Positions 62,132-64,000 of a stretch of DNA of 64,000 bases are shown in pieces. The notes below the pieces were generated by a model. It made no database searches and was not told where the DNA came from. It saw nothing but the letters and a program-made list of their open reading frames with translations. Source of the stretch: an uncultured Chloroflexia bacterium (GTDB taxonomy: Bacteria; Chloroflexota; Limnocylindria; Limnocylindrales; CSP1-4); NCBI GenBank assembly GCA_963781705.1, contig CAWAGP010000010.1, forward strand, positions 392,782 through 456,781, given 5' to 3'. Made by a program: the position numbers and the translations under genes. Position 1 is the first letter of the stretch. Each line of letters starts with the position of its first letter.

Positions 62132-64000
62132 TGAAGCCAACACGCAGGCAGACCGCCGATGGGGATCCCGCCGATGGGGATCTCGCCGACGCGATCGCAG
62201 AGGCGGAGGCTCTGAAATCGGAAGTGGCGACACTGCGCTCCGACCTCGCGCGCAGCGAGGCGGACGGCCGCGCCCGGACCAGCAGCCTTGAGCAACGTCT
62301 TGCGGCCATCGCAGCCGAGAACGCCAGGCTCACGCAGTACGCGGCCGACGTCGAAAGCAGCACATTGGGGCGCCTGGCAGCGAGGTGGACGCGGTTCAAG
62401 CGTCATCACCCGCGGCGTGCCCGCTGGATCGGCAGGCCGATCTCGATGGCGCGGTGGCTCAGGGGAATGCACACGGGGACGGCACACAGCGGGGCGGAAC
62501 GGACCTTGTTCATCCCGGAACCACCGATCGATGCCGCGGCCCTGGTGGCCGCCAGGGAGGCCGTTAGCCGTGTTTGCCATCGCCGTGGGATCAAAACGTC
62601 CAGGACCGATGTCGAGACGGCCGCGGCACTCGTATGCCGATGCTTCGACGCCGGGTTCTACCTCGAACGCAATCCCGATGTCGCCGCCATGGCCGTGCAC
62701 CCGCTTGTCCACTACATCACCACGGGCGCTGGCGAGGGCCGTGCACCCAATCCCGTGTGCCACATCGCGGGATACACATACGACCACCCTGATGTGGCCG
62801 ACTTCGAAGACAACCCCCTCCTGCACTATGTCCTCGAAGGACGTAGGCGGGGCGCAACGCTGCACCCACTGTTCGACGCCTCGTGGTACAGCGATCGTTA
62901 CGCCGATGTCCGCGCTGCCCGAAGAGACCCGTACGAGCACTTCCTAACTCTTGGCAGGCACGAAGGTCGCGCAACATCTCCCGCGGTAACCGAGGGCACG
63001 GACATTACCGCCGTTGAGATCAGGTTGCCGCACGCGGATCCCGAGGAAGTGACGATCATCATTCCCGCGTATGAGCATTACGCGCTGACATACAGGTGTC
63101 TGTATGCGCTGGCAAAACGCACCCCAGCGTCGCTCAACGTTCGCGTCATCCTTGCGGATGACTCCCCCGGCCGACCGCTCCGTTCTCTGTTGGACCAGGT
63201 CGATGGCCTGGTGATAACCGAAAACCACGAGAACCTGGGCTTCGTCGGAAACTGCAATCAGGCATCTCGGCTGGCCAAAGGTGACTTCATCGTCTTCCTG
63301 AATAACGATACGGTGGTTGCCGACAACTGGCTCGAGGAACTGGTGTCGCTCGCGCGCGGCGATCGCGCGATTGGCATGGTGGGCTGCATGCTGCTCAACG
63401 CCGACGGTTCACTCCAGGAAGCCGGGAACGTGATGTTCAAAGATGGCTGGGGGTATCCCTATGGCCGCGGTGATGATCCGGACAAGCCAGAGTACGGCTT
63501 TGTGCGCCATGTGGATTGCGTCTCAGGTGCATGCTTCCTGGTCAGACGCGACGTATTCGAGGGAGTAGGGCGGATAGACGAGGCCTTTGCTCCCGCCTTC
63601 TTTGAGGAATATGACCTTGCCTTTGCGGTCGCGAAGGCAGGTTACAAGGTGCTCTATCAGCCAGCTTCACGCATCTGGCACTACGGCAGCGCGTCATATG
63701 GGCCGGAGGTGCGCGACCGGCAGAGCAGCATCAACCACGCGCGCTTCGTGGATAAGTGGCGTGACACGCTTGAGACGCGGCGCCAGGGCCCGGCGGAACT
63801 GTTCCTCGCGCGCGAGCGACCGCATGCGAACGGCACGATTCTCGTGATCGAGGACAAGGTGCCGGAATACGACAAGCACGCAGGCGGCCTCTCGGTGTTC
63901 CAGTACTTGCGCTTGCTTGCGTCGCTGGATTTCAAGGTGATCCTGCTTCCCGATGATCGACGCCGAAGTGAGCCCTACACAACGACGCTGGAGCAGCTTG
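62131..64000 (+). CDS. Large multidomain glycosyltransferase (coiled coil, repeats, GT2, start of a GT4-like domain); 3' truncated by window
   Basis: My translation from GTG 62131 stays open to the window end (absent from the ORF track): FDAGFYLERNPDV..HPLVHY..G..EGR repeats, IIIPAY, NLGFVGNCN, FLNNDT, SGACFL, FEEYDL, IEDKVPEYDKHAG. Confidence 0.9.
   Translation, partial: MKPTRRQTADGDPADGDLADAIAEAEALKSEVATLRSDLARSEADGRARTSSLEQRLAAIAAENARLTQYAADVESSTLGRLAARWTRFKRHHPRRARWIGRPISMARWLRGMHTGTAHSGAERTLFIPEPPIDAAALVAAREAVSRVCHRRGIKTSRTDVETAAALVCRCFDAGFYLERNPDVAAMAVHPLVHYITTGAGEGRAPNPVCHIAGYTYDHPDVADFEDNPLLHYVLEGRRRGATLHPLFDASWYSDRYADVRAARRDPYEHFLTLGRHEGRATSPAVTEGTDITAVEIRLPHADPEEVTIIIPAYEHYALTYRCLYALAKRTPASLNVRVILADDSPGRPLRSLLDQVDGLVITENHENLGFVGNCNQASRLAKGDFIVFLNNDTVVADNWLEELVSLARGDRAIGMVGCMLLNADGSLQEAGNVMFKDGWGYPYGRGDDPDKPEYGFVRHVDCVSGACFLVRRDVFEGVGRIDEAFAPAFFEEYDLAFAVAKAGYKVLYQPASRIWHYGSASYGPEVRDRQSSINHARFVDKWRDTLETRRQGPAELFLARERPHANGTILVIEDKVPEYDKHAGGLSVFQYLRLLASLDFKVILLPDDRRRSEPYTTTLEQL

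Noticed and set aside
62152-62195. 15-bp tandem repeat CCGCCGATGGGGATC
   Set aside because: In-frame coding duplication (ADGDP/ADGDL) at the GT N-terminus.

Overview
High-GC bacterial DNA. The organism is probably a monoderm Chloroflexota (Limnocylindria-like), inferred from gene content and frequent leaderless promoters but not proven. After fabH, an HTH/PD-(D/E)XK gene and fabG, essentially the whole window is a >60 kb cell-surface glycan locus. It holds cysC plus five sulfotransferases, many glycosyltransferases (GT2, GT4, GT87, WecB/TagA), three LCP transferases, DUF4012, two GH26 enzymes, Wzx, three Wzy/ligase-like proteins, sqdB, dTDP-rhamnose genes, two priming sugar transferases, a pseudaminic-acid pathway lacking pseH, a lower-GC insert behind an IS256 remnant, a Wzc-type kinase with decayed tandem copies, a LysM protein, and Wzm/Wzt with a large GT running off the end. 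Many genes from about 19 kb onward are split by single-base indels, most likely long-read errors. Top observations: (1) a hairpin-repeat cassette (two direct units plus one inverted unit) overlapping the 3' end of the XRE-HTH/PD-(D/E)XK gene, with a gene-less homologous copy 12 kb away, i.e. a candidate REPIN-like element with a non-RAYT nuclease; (2) a candidate sulfated and sulfonated, LCP-anchored wall glycan; (3) a Pse pathway in which ATP-grasp, HAD and methyltransferase genes stand where PseH is expected; (4) sulfotransferase debris on both sides of the GT87 gene, including an in-frame N-terminal fusion.
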